A stretch of DNA of 64,000 nt from Mesotaenium endlicherianum (lineage: Eukaryota). Position numbers and translations under genes: made by a program. Under the pieces are notes generated by a model. That model did no database searches and was not told where the DNA came from. It saw nothing but the letters and a program-made list of their open reading frames with translations. The stretch spans positions 113,321-177,320 of the forward strand of contig WELA01000598.1 of assembly GCA_009602735.1 (NCBI GenBank). Direction: 5' to 3'. Below, one piece after another: positions 24,618 through 37,045 of the stretch. The first letter of the stretch is position 1, and the number at the start of each line of letters is the position of its first letter.

Positions 24618-26984
24618 CTAGTAACCAATCGCTCTTGGTCTTCTTCTTCCTGAAGTTGCACCACTAGGTCGCTCCTCCAGCTCTTCTTCCTCTACCTCCT
24701 CTTCCTCTACCTCCATCTCCCCTTCCTCACTCAACGAGGCATGCATGGCAAGATTGAGACCCTCCTCTTCAGGTGTCTCCAAGAACTCCGCTTCTTCAAC
24801 CCATGGAGTTGCGCCGACACTTGGTCCAAGGAATTCCAAACTCTTCTCCTGAAGTCTCAACATAGAATGCACGTACACTAACTTTTTTGCTCTAGTAGGG
24901 AGCAGCCTATTGCGAAGTGGACTATGAACAAACCCGTACTCAGACCAATTTCTCTCACATGCTGCTGCTGAACCAGGTTGCGACAATATTCTCATAGCAA
25001 GAAGCTGAAGATTAGGACAATGACTTCCGTATGTTTCCCACCACACGTGAGCAGGCATCATGGTCTTATTAGCCTTGCAAACGTCATCGCCAAAAATGTC
25101 ACCACTCTGCCGGTAGAGCGCCAACTCTCGATCCACCAACGCTCGGTCAGCCACACCTCCTCCGACAAGGGTATTCCGCACGTCGGACCAATCAGTAAGT
25201 AGACACTTCTCAACTGCCCAAGACTCATGGTCTTGGAACTCGGGGTCGAGATAGTATCCTGTAGCCACACGAAGTCAATAAGCAAACTCAGTGTATGATC
25301 GACTACACAATGTACTTTTCACAAAAAGAGAGCAATAACAATAACAAGCAAAATAACAATGACCAGCACACAATAACAAGCATGCAAAAGAACAGCAGCC
25401 GCCGAGCAAGAAAGGTGAGCAACAACAAAAGAGACTTTTACCCGCAGAATGTAAGGGGCTGTGAAGCTGCTCCCAGCGAGCCTTCACGTCCTTCTTAACT
25501 TGGGTTCTTTGTGTTGGTTTGAGTCCTTCAACCTCATGCATATGAATTTTGATGGCGCTCATACGAGCCCAGATCTTCCCAAGAGAAGGTTGTGGAGAGT
25601 CAACTAGTCGAAGAAGAACTACGATGGGCTCACACACGGCTACCCATACCTTCACTCGCGCCCAAAGTTCATCGTCACGAACTAGGTCTCTAATCTTCGT
25701 AGCCTCACCTACACAACCATTCTTTGCCGCCCACTCAAGCCACCTACTGTCAGTCACCATAGCTTGTAAGGTATCTCTCACAACGATGAGTCTTTGCAAG
25801 CAAAGAAAGTTACTAGCAAACCTCGTAGGTCCTGGCTTCAACAACTCTAGTTTATTTTTTAGCCTTGCCCCATGCTCACGGTAAAGAGCGTGAGGTATGT
25901 GGTGGTTTGCAACAAACTGGACCAAGTGCTTGAAGCTATCGATTATGCCCTCTAGCTCTTTTATCTTTCCTAGGTCTTTTAACAGCAGGTCCAAAATGTG
26001 AGCAGCACAAGGGGTCCAATATATGTGCGGGTGCTTCTCGCGAACCATATTACAGCCAGCTACAATGTTAGCTGCAGAGTCTGTGCAAAGCTGTACAACA
26101 TGGTCGGCGCCTATCTTCTCTACGGTCGCAAGCAGGTGGTTACCAATGTAGTCACCCGTTTTCCTTTCACCCTCAGTGTTGATAGCATCCATGAACATCT
26201 CAGTGCCACCCACAACCATAAGCACATTAAGAAGAGGATGCCCGCATGGATCAGTCCACCCATCTGCTACAATGCTACATCCTGTCATTGGTAGTCCCTT
26301 CTTCTGTTTCTTCTCCCAAGCTTCTATCTTCAACACCTCTCTGTCTAGTAGGGTACTTCCGAGCGGCTTATCCTTCATCGGGATATACACTACACCTGTT
26401 TCCTGGGTGTATTTACTGACTGCAACCAACATCTCTCTAAAGAACTCGCTGCGAGCAACATTAAATGACGAACCGGTACCATAGAAGAAGCGAGCGACAA
26501 TCTCATGGACAGCATCAGCATTCATGTTTTGAAACATGTCACTTATAGAGGTCTGCCCAGTCTCCCTGCCTAAAGAGGGGGAGCCACTAGCACAAGAACC
26601 CCATTCAAACACGCGCTTTCGTGCAGCTTGCATGGCATTCTTACTACGTCGCTTTCCCAAGACACCACTAGACGAACCATTAAAACGAGGAATCATGACA
26701 TCTAGAACCTCATCAGGAACCTCCTCACACTGACTAACATCCTTAAGTCCTCCCGTGAGATGGCCACGACTGGTAACCCCAGCAACAAACTCGTTGAAGC
26801 AATAGTTGCACTTGACCTTCGGATGTGAATTCTTTGTCTTGGCTTCCGCAACAATGGATACATGGGCCCACTCTGGACCAGATCTTGCAGCAACTGCTCT
26901 AGGGGGCAAACGAGCGCTTAAAGCTCCAGTAGCCCCTCTCATTCTAGCAAGCGTTGCTCCACACGAAGTGAATGGTTGGGACAT
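24618..26984 (-). CDS. hAT transposase (BED zinc finger, DUF659-type catalytic region, C-terminal dimerization domain), ~727 aa
   Basis: join(26984-25442,25258-24618). The 183-bp GT-AG intron restores LHSAG|YYLDPEF. Motifs: W..KVKCNYC, SIVADGW, QLCTDSAAN, WTPCAAHILDLLLKD, TRFASNF, WWETYG..PNLQ..AMRILSQ..SAAACERNWS..HSPLRNRL. No stops. Confidence 0.93.
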
Positions 26985-27039
26985 GATGCGCGTGAAACCT
27001 GCAATAACGAAGGGAATAAATAAAGCAGTAAGAAAATAG

Positions 27040-30030
27040 GCTCAGTAAAGAGAGCAACAACAAGGCAGTAGTGAAGGCAACAATATAGGAGCAGCAGCAA
27101 GGGCAAGCACAGAGAGAGCGACAATAGGACAGCAAGAGAGGCAAGCATAGGAGGAGCAGCAGCAGAGCAAGCAAAAAAACCAGCAACACAGGGGCAGTGC
27201 CGCAGCAGCCAACCCGCCCCGGGCATGCAAAAACACATCGACACGGGGGTTGGCAGCTGCAGCACTGCAGCTAGCCAGCCAGCACCGGGAAAGCAACAAA
27301 ACAGGAATACGAGGGGTGCAGCAAACAAAAAGCAAGACGGGGGCGGGCAGCTGCAGCACAGCAGCAACCAGCCAGCTCATCTCGGGCAAGCAAAACACAA
27401 CACGGGGAAAGTCAGCTGCGGCACTGCAGCGGCCAGTCCGCCCCCGGCAAGCAGAAACACAATAGGAGCTGCAGCACTGCAGCAAGCCAGCCAGCCCCGA
27501 GCAAGCAAACAAACAGGGACACGGGGGCGGCTAGCTGCACCACTGCAGCAAGCACCCCGCCCCGACTGAAGCACAAACGCAACAAAACGGGGGCAGCCAG
27601 CTGCAGCACTGCAACAGCCAGCCCGCCCAAATAATACAACAACAGTAAAATTGCAAACAGCCAGCCAAGCAGCTGGAAAACTGCTGCAGCCAGCCGGCCA
27701 CGAGGAAAGAGCAAGCAAGGGGCGGCTGCAGCACAGCAGCAGCCAGAAAGCCCCAAACAAAATGCAAGCAAGGGGCGGCTGCAGTTCAGGCAAACAAACT
27801 TGACCAGACCGTCCCAACTAAAGAAATAAAGAAACAAGCAAGGGGTGGGCGGCTGCAGGACTGCAGCAGCTAGCCCGCCCTGAGCAAGCAAACAAAAAGC
27901 AACACGAGAGTGGGCAGCTGCAGCACTGCAGCAAGCTAGCTAGCCTAGAGCAAGCAAGAAAAGAGGGACATAGGGGTGGGCAGCTGCGACAGCTGCAGCA
28001 CTACAGCAGCCAGTCCGCCCCGAGCAAGCAAAAAATCAGGGACCCGGGGGCGGGAGGCTGAAGCACTGCAGCAACCAGCCCGCCCCGGGCAAGCAAGAAC
28101 CCAACATGGGGACGGCCGGCTGCAGCACAGGAGCAGCCAGCCCGCCCCGAGCAAGCAAACAAAAAGCGACACAGGGGTCGGCAGCTGCACCACTGTAGCA
28201 AGCCAACCAGCCCCAAGCAAGCAAAAAAAGAGGGACACGGGGGCGGCCAGCTGCAGCACTGCAGCAGCCAGCCCGCCCCGGGCAAGCAGAAACACAACAC
28301 GGGGGCGGCCGGCTGCAGCACAGCAGCAGCAAGCCCGCCCCAAGCAAGCAAACTAAAAGCAGCCAGACAAACTTGACCAGCACGCCTCGACTAAAGAAAC
28401 AAAGAAACAAGCAAGGGGCGGGCGGCTGCAGGGCTGCAGCAGCCAGCCCGCCCCGAGCAGGCAAGAAAAGAGGGACACAGGGGTGGGCAGCTGCAGCACT
28501 GTAGCAAGCCAGCCAGTCCCGAGTAAGCAAAAAGAGAGGGACACGGGGGCGGCCAGCTGCAGCACTGCAGCAGCCAGCCCGCCCCGAGCAAGCAGAAACA
28601 CAACACGGGGGCGGCCAGCTGCAGCACAGCAGCAGCCAGCCCGCCACGAGCAAGCAAACAAACACGGACACGGGGGCGGCCAGCTACAGCACTGCAGCAA
28701 GCCAGCTAGCCTCAGAAAGCAAAAAACCAAGGACACGGGGGCGGGCAGCTGGAGCACTGCAGCAAGCAGCCCACCCCGATTAAAGCACAAACGCAACAAA
28801 ACAGGGGCGGCCAGCTGCAGTACTGCAGCAGCCAACTCGCCCGACTAGTACAGCAACAAAAAAAACTGCAAACAGCCAACTGGGCACCTGCAGAACTGCA
28901 GCAGCCAGCCACTCCGGCACCGAGGAAAGAGAAAGCAAGGGGCGGCTGCAGCACAACAGCAGCCAGACCGCCCCTACAAAATGCAAGCAAGGGGCGGCTG
29001 CAGTTCAGCCGCTCAAACTTGACCAGCCCGGCCGCGACTGAGGAAACAAAGAAACAAGCAAGGGGCGGGCGGCTGCAGCACTGCAGCGGCCAGCTCGCCC
29101 CAACCAAAGCAAGCAAGGGGTGACGGCTGCAGCACTGCAGCAACCAGACCGCCTCGACATAACCAATAGAAGAGGGAAAGGGAGGGAAGGGCACCTGATG
29201 CGCTAGCCCCGACGGTTGCTCGTTGATAGGCGCAGGGGATGCAGACTATGTCAGGGCGAGCTCCTGCAGCACTGCAACAATCGAACAACAAAGACCAAAG
29301 CAAGAAAGGGGCTGATGCAGTTCAGCCAGCCAACTTTGGCCAAAACAAGCAAGGAGCGAGCGGCTGCAGCACTGCAGCAGCCAGCCCGACCCGACTAAAA
29401 CAAACATACAGCAACAAGGGGCGGGCAGCTGCGGCACTGCAGCAGACAACCCGCCCCGAACAAAGAAACAAATAAAAAAGCAAGGGGCAGGCAGTTGCCG
29501 CACCGCAGCAGCCAGCCCGCCCCGGGGCAAGCAATAAAAAACTAGGACAGGGTCGGGTAGCTGCAGCACTGCAACAGCCAGCCCGCCCCGAGTAGAGCAA
29601 GCACCAAAAGTGCAACACGGGGGCGGGCAAACAAACAGAAAACAAACAAACGGAACAAAGCAAACAAAAGAACAAACAAATAGCAAACAAGCAGAAAGTA
29701 AGGGGCCACTGCAGCACACAGCAGCCAAGCCGTCCCGGGCAAGCAGAAACACAACACGGGGGCCGCCAGCTGCAGCACTGCAGCAAGCCAGCCAGCCCCG
29801 AGCAAGCAGACAAATAGGGACACAGGGGCGGCCCGCTGCAACACTGCAGCAGCTAGCCCGCCCCGGGCAATCAGAAACACAACACGGGGGCGGCCAACTG
29901 CAGCACAACAGGATCTAGCCCGCCCCGGGCAAGCAAAAACACAACACGGGGGCGGCCAGCTGCAGCACTGCAGCAAGCCAGCGAGCCCCAAGCAAGCAAA
30001 CAAACAGGGACACTGAGGCACCAGGCACAC
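27040..30030. repeat. ~3-kb array of ~60-70-bp imperfect palindromic units inside the hAT element
   Basis: Consensus acacgggggcggccagctgcagcactgcagcagccagcccgccccgagcaagca. Inner stem GCTGCA/TGCAGC, outer stem GGGGCGG/CCGCCCC, A-rich linkers, dozens of copies. Confidence 0.93.
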
Positions 30031-31739
30031 TTGCTACAAAAGTACCTCTGGAGCTACTGATGCCTGGAAGAAGAGCTTCTGATGCATGAAAGATGAAGGT
30101 GAAGGCGAAGTGAATGAAGAGCGCAACATGAGAGACAAACACATAAGTGGGATTAGCACATGCTTTTTTAGTATCCAAACACTCAAAAAAAGGAAGAACA
30201 GCAGTAGTTAATATACAACAGGCAGGACATAGAAGTAGTAGAGAACCTACACGATTAGCTAAGAGGAAAGATAGAGGGGGTGGAAAGCAAATTCACCTGA
30301 AATTTACAGGCCAAGGACAATGTGTCAAACTGGCCGCCTTCTTGTGTCAACCTTCCTGAAGAGATAGAGAACAACAAAGAGAACGGCAAGTAAGCACAAT
30401 GTAAGCGCAGATGTCAACTCTGAGACCAAGATCGAATATGAGAACATAGACACATGCATAAGCAAGCACCACATAGTTCCGGATTTGAAAGATTCAGCAA
30501 AAATAGCAAAGTACAGAGCAAAGTGCGAGCAAGGTGCAGACGTCAATGAAATATGAGACGAACTTACAATGATAGAAGATGTGCGGAATGGACCTCGAAG
30601 CACTACAGGGGTCTTAAGTATGTTGCAGGTTTTGCCTCAGAGGGGTCCTAAGTGTGCCCTGAGCAGCTATGTATGAGCAGCTATGTAGGCAGATGAATGT
30701 GCAACGAAATGCTGCGATATACTCGCGGATCCCAAAACATTCGTCTCAAAGTTTCGTCAAAGTTTTGTGATCTTTCGGGCTCCCGCCGCTCTTTCAAAAA
30801 CCTTGTGTTAGTGTACTTTCGTTTTCAATTGCGTCGATTGACGCTTCAATCAAATTCACAAGTTAAACGAATTGTGTGAAGCCTGACGTGCACGCGTCGA
30901 GTCGTTCCTGGGCGGCCGGCACGAGTGAAGAAAATTTAGTTCGCTTAGTTCGTGCGAACAACTCAGTTCGCTTAATTAAGCGTACGAAGGTCGGCCAGTT
31001 CGGCGAACGGCGTAACCCTGCTTTCATGCGCAGACTGTTGAAGGCAGGCAGAGAGAGCTGTGCTCACAGCGCCCTTCAAGTTCAATCCTACTGTGCATCT
31101 CTCTCGGTTGCGGGCTCGTGTGCATGCACACCTGCTTCATTGCTTCTATGCAAAGCAATCCGGTGGATATTGCCAACACACAGTGTAGCTGACGCCCCCA
31201 TTGAGTGCCCATCGGCTCACCTTTGGGAGATCAAAAGCCCTGACAATATCTCGCACCCGGTTTCTGTAACTCTTCATTTGGAGCCCATTTTGGAGTAGTT
31301 TTGAAGTTGTCTCATTCCAGAGTGGTCTTGCATGTTGCTGACTTCTTGAAGTGATGACGCTCGTTGGTTCTTCTAGCAGTGCCAGCAGGCACTTGTCTCG
31401 ATTAATGCTTTTGCCTGCTTGAGGATAGAGAAGCCCTTCAGGTCCCAGGAGTCTCATTTCTGATTAGAACCTCATGGGTTTGTCTAGTACTGTCCCAAGT
31501 CCTCCCTCTCCTCTTCCACACCTGCCCACCTTGGGGCTCGCTGTTTGTGTAGTGGTGTCCTTAGCTGGCTGGCTCACGGCTGATTTTAATGAGCGGGGGG
31601 GATAGGCATGTGGCAAGTTGCATGGCTGATATCATGCATGCTGCTAGAGCGCACTCAAGAGCTTGTGAGCCGTGATTGCTCAGACCCTAAATCGCAGGGC
31701 CAGGTGTGACATCGAGGTCGCAAAGTGGGATTGCAGTCA

Positions 31740-32160
31740 CGTCGTGCCAGTGGCCACCATCTCAGAGTTCTCACAACAATTTGAGATTGCATGGCCCGGC
31801 GGACGTTTTCTGTGTAGATTCAGCAGGCATGGCCCTGTGCAAGCGGCTGTCAGTGCACGTCCTCTAGGCTCTTGCAGCAGGGCGTGTGTTGTCGTTGCGC
31901 AACGTGCACGTTTGCTGGACTTAGGTTTGGGGTCTGGAGGGCAGTGTCTTGGTGTCCAGGGTGTAGAGAACGCCTGGCTGAACGGGCTACGCAGATGGAT
32001 GGGGGTAACAGAAATCGCAACAAGAAGTCCTCAGACAGAAGCACTTTGATAACCTAGTACTCCTGTTGCCAGGTCTTTAACCCTAACCAAGAGGGAAAGC
32101 AGTTTCAGATGCACGTGCTCCGGGGGCTACAAGGATCTTTTTTAATCTATGCGTGTGGTG
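31740..32160 (+). pseudogene. possible highly degenerate receptor-like/Pelle kinase N-lobe remnant
   Basis: Ordered fragments across frames: ATISEFSQQFEI..GG..GPV (subdomain I-like), VVAQR (II-like), VTEIA (III-like), KHFDNLVLL (IV-like), LIYA (V-like). Confidence 0.3.
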
Positions 32161-33904
32161 TAGGAGTGTGCAAGTCAGCAGGTGCTGGGGCCCCAATCTA
32201 CCTACAAGAATTTGACATAAGTGGTCGTTTGGAGGCGGGCCGGTGCCTTGCTGATGGCATCCAGTGCGGAGCTGCTCCTGAGGAAATCCAGGCCTACTGC
32301 ATTGACTAACTATGTACACAAGCTCATGAAGATGTAAGAGTGCGTACGTTTTTATTGCATTACTGTCATTGTTGAGCACGTATTGGTCGCCATATTGATT
32401 TTATGTGACAAGCTCTAGCATGCCTGTTCTTTGTGTCTTAAGGAACAAGTTCTTTAAGGTCTTTCTAGGCCTTCTTGTTAAGCATCCCATGTATTCCTCG
32501 CTCCTGGTTGACCCTGGATTTAACGGAAATACATCATTAGTGGAAACATTAAAGTTTTTATACCATCAGTCACCAATAGTTTGATAAGAATCTCATGCTA
32601 CTCCTGTAGGCGCATATCTAGGTGTTGTTTTTGCCTCATGCTAATGACGGCTATAGTTCTCGACTAAGTGGCACATCAAGTTTGAATTATGGAGTGATGT
32701 CCAACATGATGAATGGATTTACAAGTACAATAGTGAATTTGTGAATATATGTATACATAAGCTTGAGGCTGGAAGTTGATCAAGCATAATACGCTGGTTG
32801 CTGAAACATGCTGAGAAGACAAGAAATAACAGGAGCTTGTACCACTTTGACTTGGGTGGACTAGCAGATGCAGACCTCATCAATTAGTTTTTTGAGGCCG
32901 TTACGTGAAACAATGACATTGTTCAACTCCCGCTGATAGGCGTCAGATATAGAAGTGAAAGCATCTACCTACCTTCATTAAGTGAATCATACGAGGATGT
33001 TGATAAACATAACTGAAATACACAAACAGAATAAGAGGAAACCAACCTGCGGTCAGGATGGACATAGCATTCCAAAACGATTCATATTATCCGCGATTCA
33101 GACATTCTTATATATGACAAGAAAGAGCTCAGCCTTACAGGCACAACTAGAAGCGTCACCACACTAGAAGAAAGTCTTGTAGTATGTACACAGCACCACC
33201 TCTCCAATTTTACACTTATCGCAAACAAAACAAATGCATTGGCAAGCTCTAGCTTATTCTGGCTTCTCTGGCACTTAGACTTCTACTGACTATGATACAC
33301 CTTGGTTTACAATTAAAGACCTAGAGATGGAGCTCCTTACCTGCTTCTGTCCACTTACATCAATATCACACGTGTGCAATCGGCAACTTAGCTATTGCAG
33401 CACTAAGGAAAATTAGAAGCTGACAGGCATGGGCTCAACCACACCCCATGGCGCCAGATTCTAGAATAACCACTGTCCCAACAGCTTGCATAGAAACAAA
33501 AGAGAGGAGGCCTTCTAATTAACAAGGTTGGGGCCACAAGGGCCAGGGGCACATAACCTTTAAACACAATGTGAGACAACTTGCAGCAGGTGAGGCTGGT
33601 CAAAATGACAAAGTGCTCTCATCCCAGCCACTCCCATCCAGAGCCTTTTGCCACACCCTAGCCACTTGCCTGAAAGGGCACTTGCCTGACTAGGCTGTGT
33701 ATCACCTTAACAGGAACCAAGAAAAGCACCCGATGATACACATTTGAGATTTTAGGCAGGGCCTTTCCATCTCGAACTTCACAATGCACAGTCCTTGCTA
33801 GCAGCTGTACTCATACCACAATTCACCCTTAAGACCTCCCTCCTCCACGTTCACCTCCCTGCACCCCTCCCCCTTCCGCGCCCCCTCCCCCTCCCCCTCT
33901 CCCN

Positions 33905-34034
33905 CGCAGAAGTACGCGCGCAGCACGCCCCGCATGGTGGCCGCCCTCGCCGCCCGCCTGGCCTCCCCCGAGTGGCTCCCGCTCGTGCGCGGCTGGGCGG
34001 CGTGCCCCGCCGACGCCGTCGCGTGCCCCGACGT
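33905..34034 (+). other. isolated coding exon of an S1/P1-family endonuclease (plant ENDO/BFN-like), cut by the single N at 33904
   Basis: GC3-rich frame KYARSTPRMVAALAARLASPEWLPLVRGWAACPADAVACPD, followed by donor GTAAGC. It resembles the 'MV.AL...W...V..W..C.....CPD' segment of plant S1/P1 nucleases. No other exons were recognised in the window. Confidence 0.62.
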
Positions 34035-35075
34035 GTAAGCATTGCCATCTCCTCTCGAAACCTCATCACATCCGCCCGTCACAGGCGTCACAGGTAACGC
34101 TTCTTCAAGCCCAGAACCTCAGTTCAGTTGTGATGCCGCTGCCATGCCCCCACATGCTAAGCGCTGCAACGCAACATCCCGTCCGTGCACTCGCAGCAGC
34201 CCCACCCCCACCAGTTGCACCCAACCCGGCGCACGCCCCAAGCCCCAATCCTTAAATCCGGCGCCGTTGCGTGCGCTCCTTGACGTGCAAAGCAGCAGTC
34301 TTGCCGTCTCCTTTGTTTCGTTCATCACACGGCCGCCGTCAGTCTCACCAAAGCCTTCGCACTCGGCCCTCTGCACCTGCCCTCTGCACCAGTCCACTGA
34401 CCAGTCCTCTGCACCAGGGCTCTGCACCAACCCCCTCCGCGCCAAGTGCAAAATCTGGCTTTTGACGCCGCCGTTGCGCGCCCCGTCGTGAGTCGAGCGC
34501 TCATGTTTGTTTGCGTTCGTTCACCCCAGCCGCTGCTGCTTCTTTGTTTCAACCAGGCCCCTAGCTCTGATCCTCAATTGCAGCTGTCAGTTGCGCGATC
34601 CTAGCTCTGTCTCCTCCAGTAGTCTGGAGCCTGCCAGCTGGCCCTCTTGCCACCTGGCCCTCCTCCTCTAGCCTCTGGCCTGATCCCAGGGGAGGTCTTC
34701 TCCCTTCTCTCCAAGATCGATCAGATCCAACGCGGGGCCCGCAACGATTGTGTGACTCACCGCAATTGCGACAGCCGTTGATCGTCCCTCTGGACTCCCA
34801 AACTGAAAGCCCCGAATCCGAATCCAAGACCCTTGGCGGCCCCCTCCCAGGGAGAGCGACAGACCGGGCTTTTCTGCTCATGTGTTTGCAAAAACAGCAG
34901 CTGCCGGTGGCTGCAAGGACCCTGTATCTCGGCAGCCCCGTCCAGAGCAGATAGGAGGCATCTCCGTAACGAAGCTTCTCCTCCTCTTCCTTCCCCTGCC
35001 TCCCCCTCTCCCTCTTCCTCCCCCTCCTCTATATATGGAGCCAATGTGGGAATGATGTGCTTGCCCCCCCTACAG

Positions 35076-37045
35076 TCACTCCGACCCCATGGAGAATCTC
35101 TTGAGCCAGTCCGTCACTGGCGCCACTTGGAACCTGGTGTCCTGGAACACCTGCCTGCCCATGTCGTGCGTAAGGCTTCGGCATCCCGACCTCACGTACT
35201 CTGCAAAACTCTTGATTGTGTACCATTGACCTCTTCTCGGCGTAGTATAGTCTGAGAACCTCTCAATTGAATAGAATTGTCCTTGACAGCGGCAATTAAG
35301 GGTGACAGCTGTTTCATGGCCGAGGCTGAAGAGACCGTTCACACAAAGAAGATGGCTGCATCCATCAAGCTCTAGCTCCCGCAGGCTTGGAAGATTGCGC
35401 ACGTCGCAGACATAGTCCAGTCTCCGGTACATTGGAAGCTCATGAATGCCTATTCTTAGATATGTGAGCCCCTCCAAAGAGGAAAGGACTGGCCAGGGCT
35501 GAGCGTCGTGAGACTTCAGGTTCAAAGAGAGCAGGCTGGGTGTGGCTGAGAGAAAATCTGGAGGAATTTGAGATGCTGACATCATTCGAGGAAGGCTGAG
35601 CTGGATATGAAGCACCTCCAGGCGGGGAAGAGTGCGCGGCAACTTTGGCAACCGGACGCCAAAAAATCTCAGATGTAATTCCTTCAGGGAGTGCAGCTCC
35701 GCTACAATGTTCAACTCATCTTCGCCAAAATCTGACTTTGAGAAGTATAGATCAAGAAGCTGCAAAGAGCTTACGGTCTCCAGAGAGTGGAGGAGGACCC
35801 ACCTGGAGGGGGAAATGCTGTCCTTAGTATAAGACATTGACAATGAGAAATGCTGCAACTTGCTCAGCCAGGGTGGCAACCTCAGCACCTTGAACTCGTC
35901 AGAGAGCGTCAGGTGGAATGTCTTTAGCCTGGGGAGCAGATGCCCCTGTTGCTCAAGTGTCCTACTGACTGGAACCAAGGAGCCCGCATGCTCGTGCGGG
36001 GAGTACATATCCTCATATCCAAGCGCCAGGTGTTCAAGATGGGGGAGGCTCCTGAAGTTCAAGGCCTCAAGAGAGGTGTGCAACTTCTCCCAGTCCCATG
36101 ACAATGACAAGAATAATCCCCCTTTGAAGAAGAGCTCCAGCGTCCGCAGACTGGTGGTCTTAGAGAGGACGTTAGGGATTTCCCCAAATATCTTATCCTC
36201 AATGACTACTAGTGTGAAGGAAGCCAAACGGGACATCGCCTCTTCCATGGCAAGCCTTCTCAGGAGCTCTGGAAGCCCACACACTCTTTGAGTGGGCCAG
36301 CCAAAGATTCTCACTTGCGTCATGTTCCGACATCTCCGCAAGGTGTTGAGGGCGGCGTCCACATTAACACGCCCTTTGAGGTGGTGGAAACTGTTGACTG
36401 ACCCCTCCAGTCAGATCTGTTGACCTTTAGCGTTGACCTCACACGTGTTGCTAGCACTTAGTCAAGCCTATGTGTCATTTTATACTTAGTTGACTTAGAC
36501 ATTTGTAGACCCAAGTCTATATGTCGGTGACTTAGCTATTTGTGTTCACACTTACTTAATAGCTGTTCACTTCTCGACACAGTCAACCTTTGACTCACAT
36601 AGTGACAGACTCTAGCACTGACTAGATCAATCTCATTCATTGAGAGAGTTGATCAACGACCTACAGCAAATGCTTCAGCACATTGACACAGCAAATAGCT
36701 TCACTATTTAACAGAGTTAGATAGAAAGCATGGTTATTCTTCAAAGCTGTAATAAAATTTACAGATCTTCAAAGTAAAAGAGTTCAATTCTCAAAGAGTC
36801 TTCCATTATAGACTCTAACTCACTTCAAAGATCCTCATGTAGAATTTATCTTTCTACTTAAACTTATTCTGCAAGCTTCTAGCTATGGCAGAGATTAGTC
36901 AACAGAAACAAGCGCACTGGTAGACGTCAAACATAAGCCGTCTCCACCTCTGACACACGTACCGCAGGCAGCCGTCATCATTGGCTGATGCCAAGCACAA
37001 TATGCGCACCAGAATGTCATCCGGAATGCCCAGTGTCCCATCCAT
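35076..37045 (-). pseudogene. F-box/LRR-like gene, paralog 1, interrupted by a solo LTR
   Basis: N-terminus MDGTLGIPDDILVRIL...YVCQRWRRL is an F-box-like motif. Removing 36392-36904 plus one TSD restores the frame QCACFHHLKGRVNVDAALNT into the 428-aa LRR-like ORF, which has LxxLxLx repeats. Confidence 0.88.
36392..36904. mobile_element. solo LTR of an LTR retrotransposon (513 bp)
   Basis: Termini TGTTGACT...AGTCAACA (TG...CA). 5-bp TSD GAAAC at 36387-36391 and 36905-36909. AT-rich and non-coding. Confidence 0.9.

Larger units (their letters stand above)
23371..31020 (-). mobile_element. complete hAT DNA transposon (7650 bp)
   Basis: 18-bp perfect TIR CAGGGTTACGCCGTTCGC (23371-23388 and 31003-31020). 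8-bp TSD CTTTCATG (23363-23370 and 31021-31028). Subterminal GTTCGC(T/C) motifs at both ends and an internal hAT transposase. Confidence 0.97.

Noticed and set aside
27040..30030. CRISPR array or bacterial REP cluster
   Set aside because: Eukaryotic context, degenerate units, linkers that are related A-rich sequences rather than unique spacers, and no cas genes
26939..30178. Many overlapping Cys/Ala/Leu-rich ORFs
   Set aside because: They are translations of the palindromic repeat array, open in several frames on both strands
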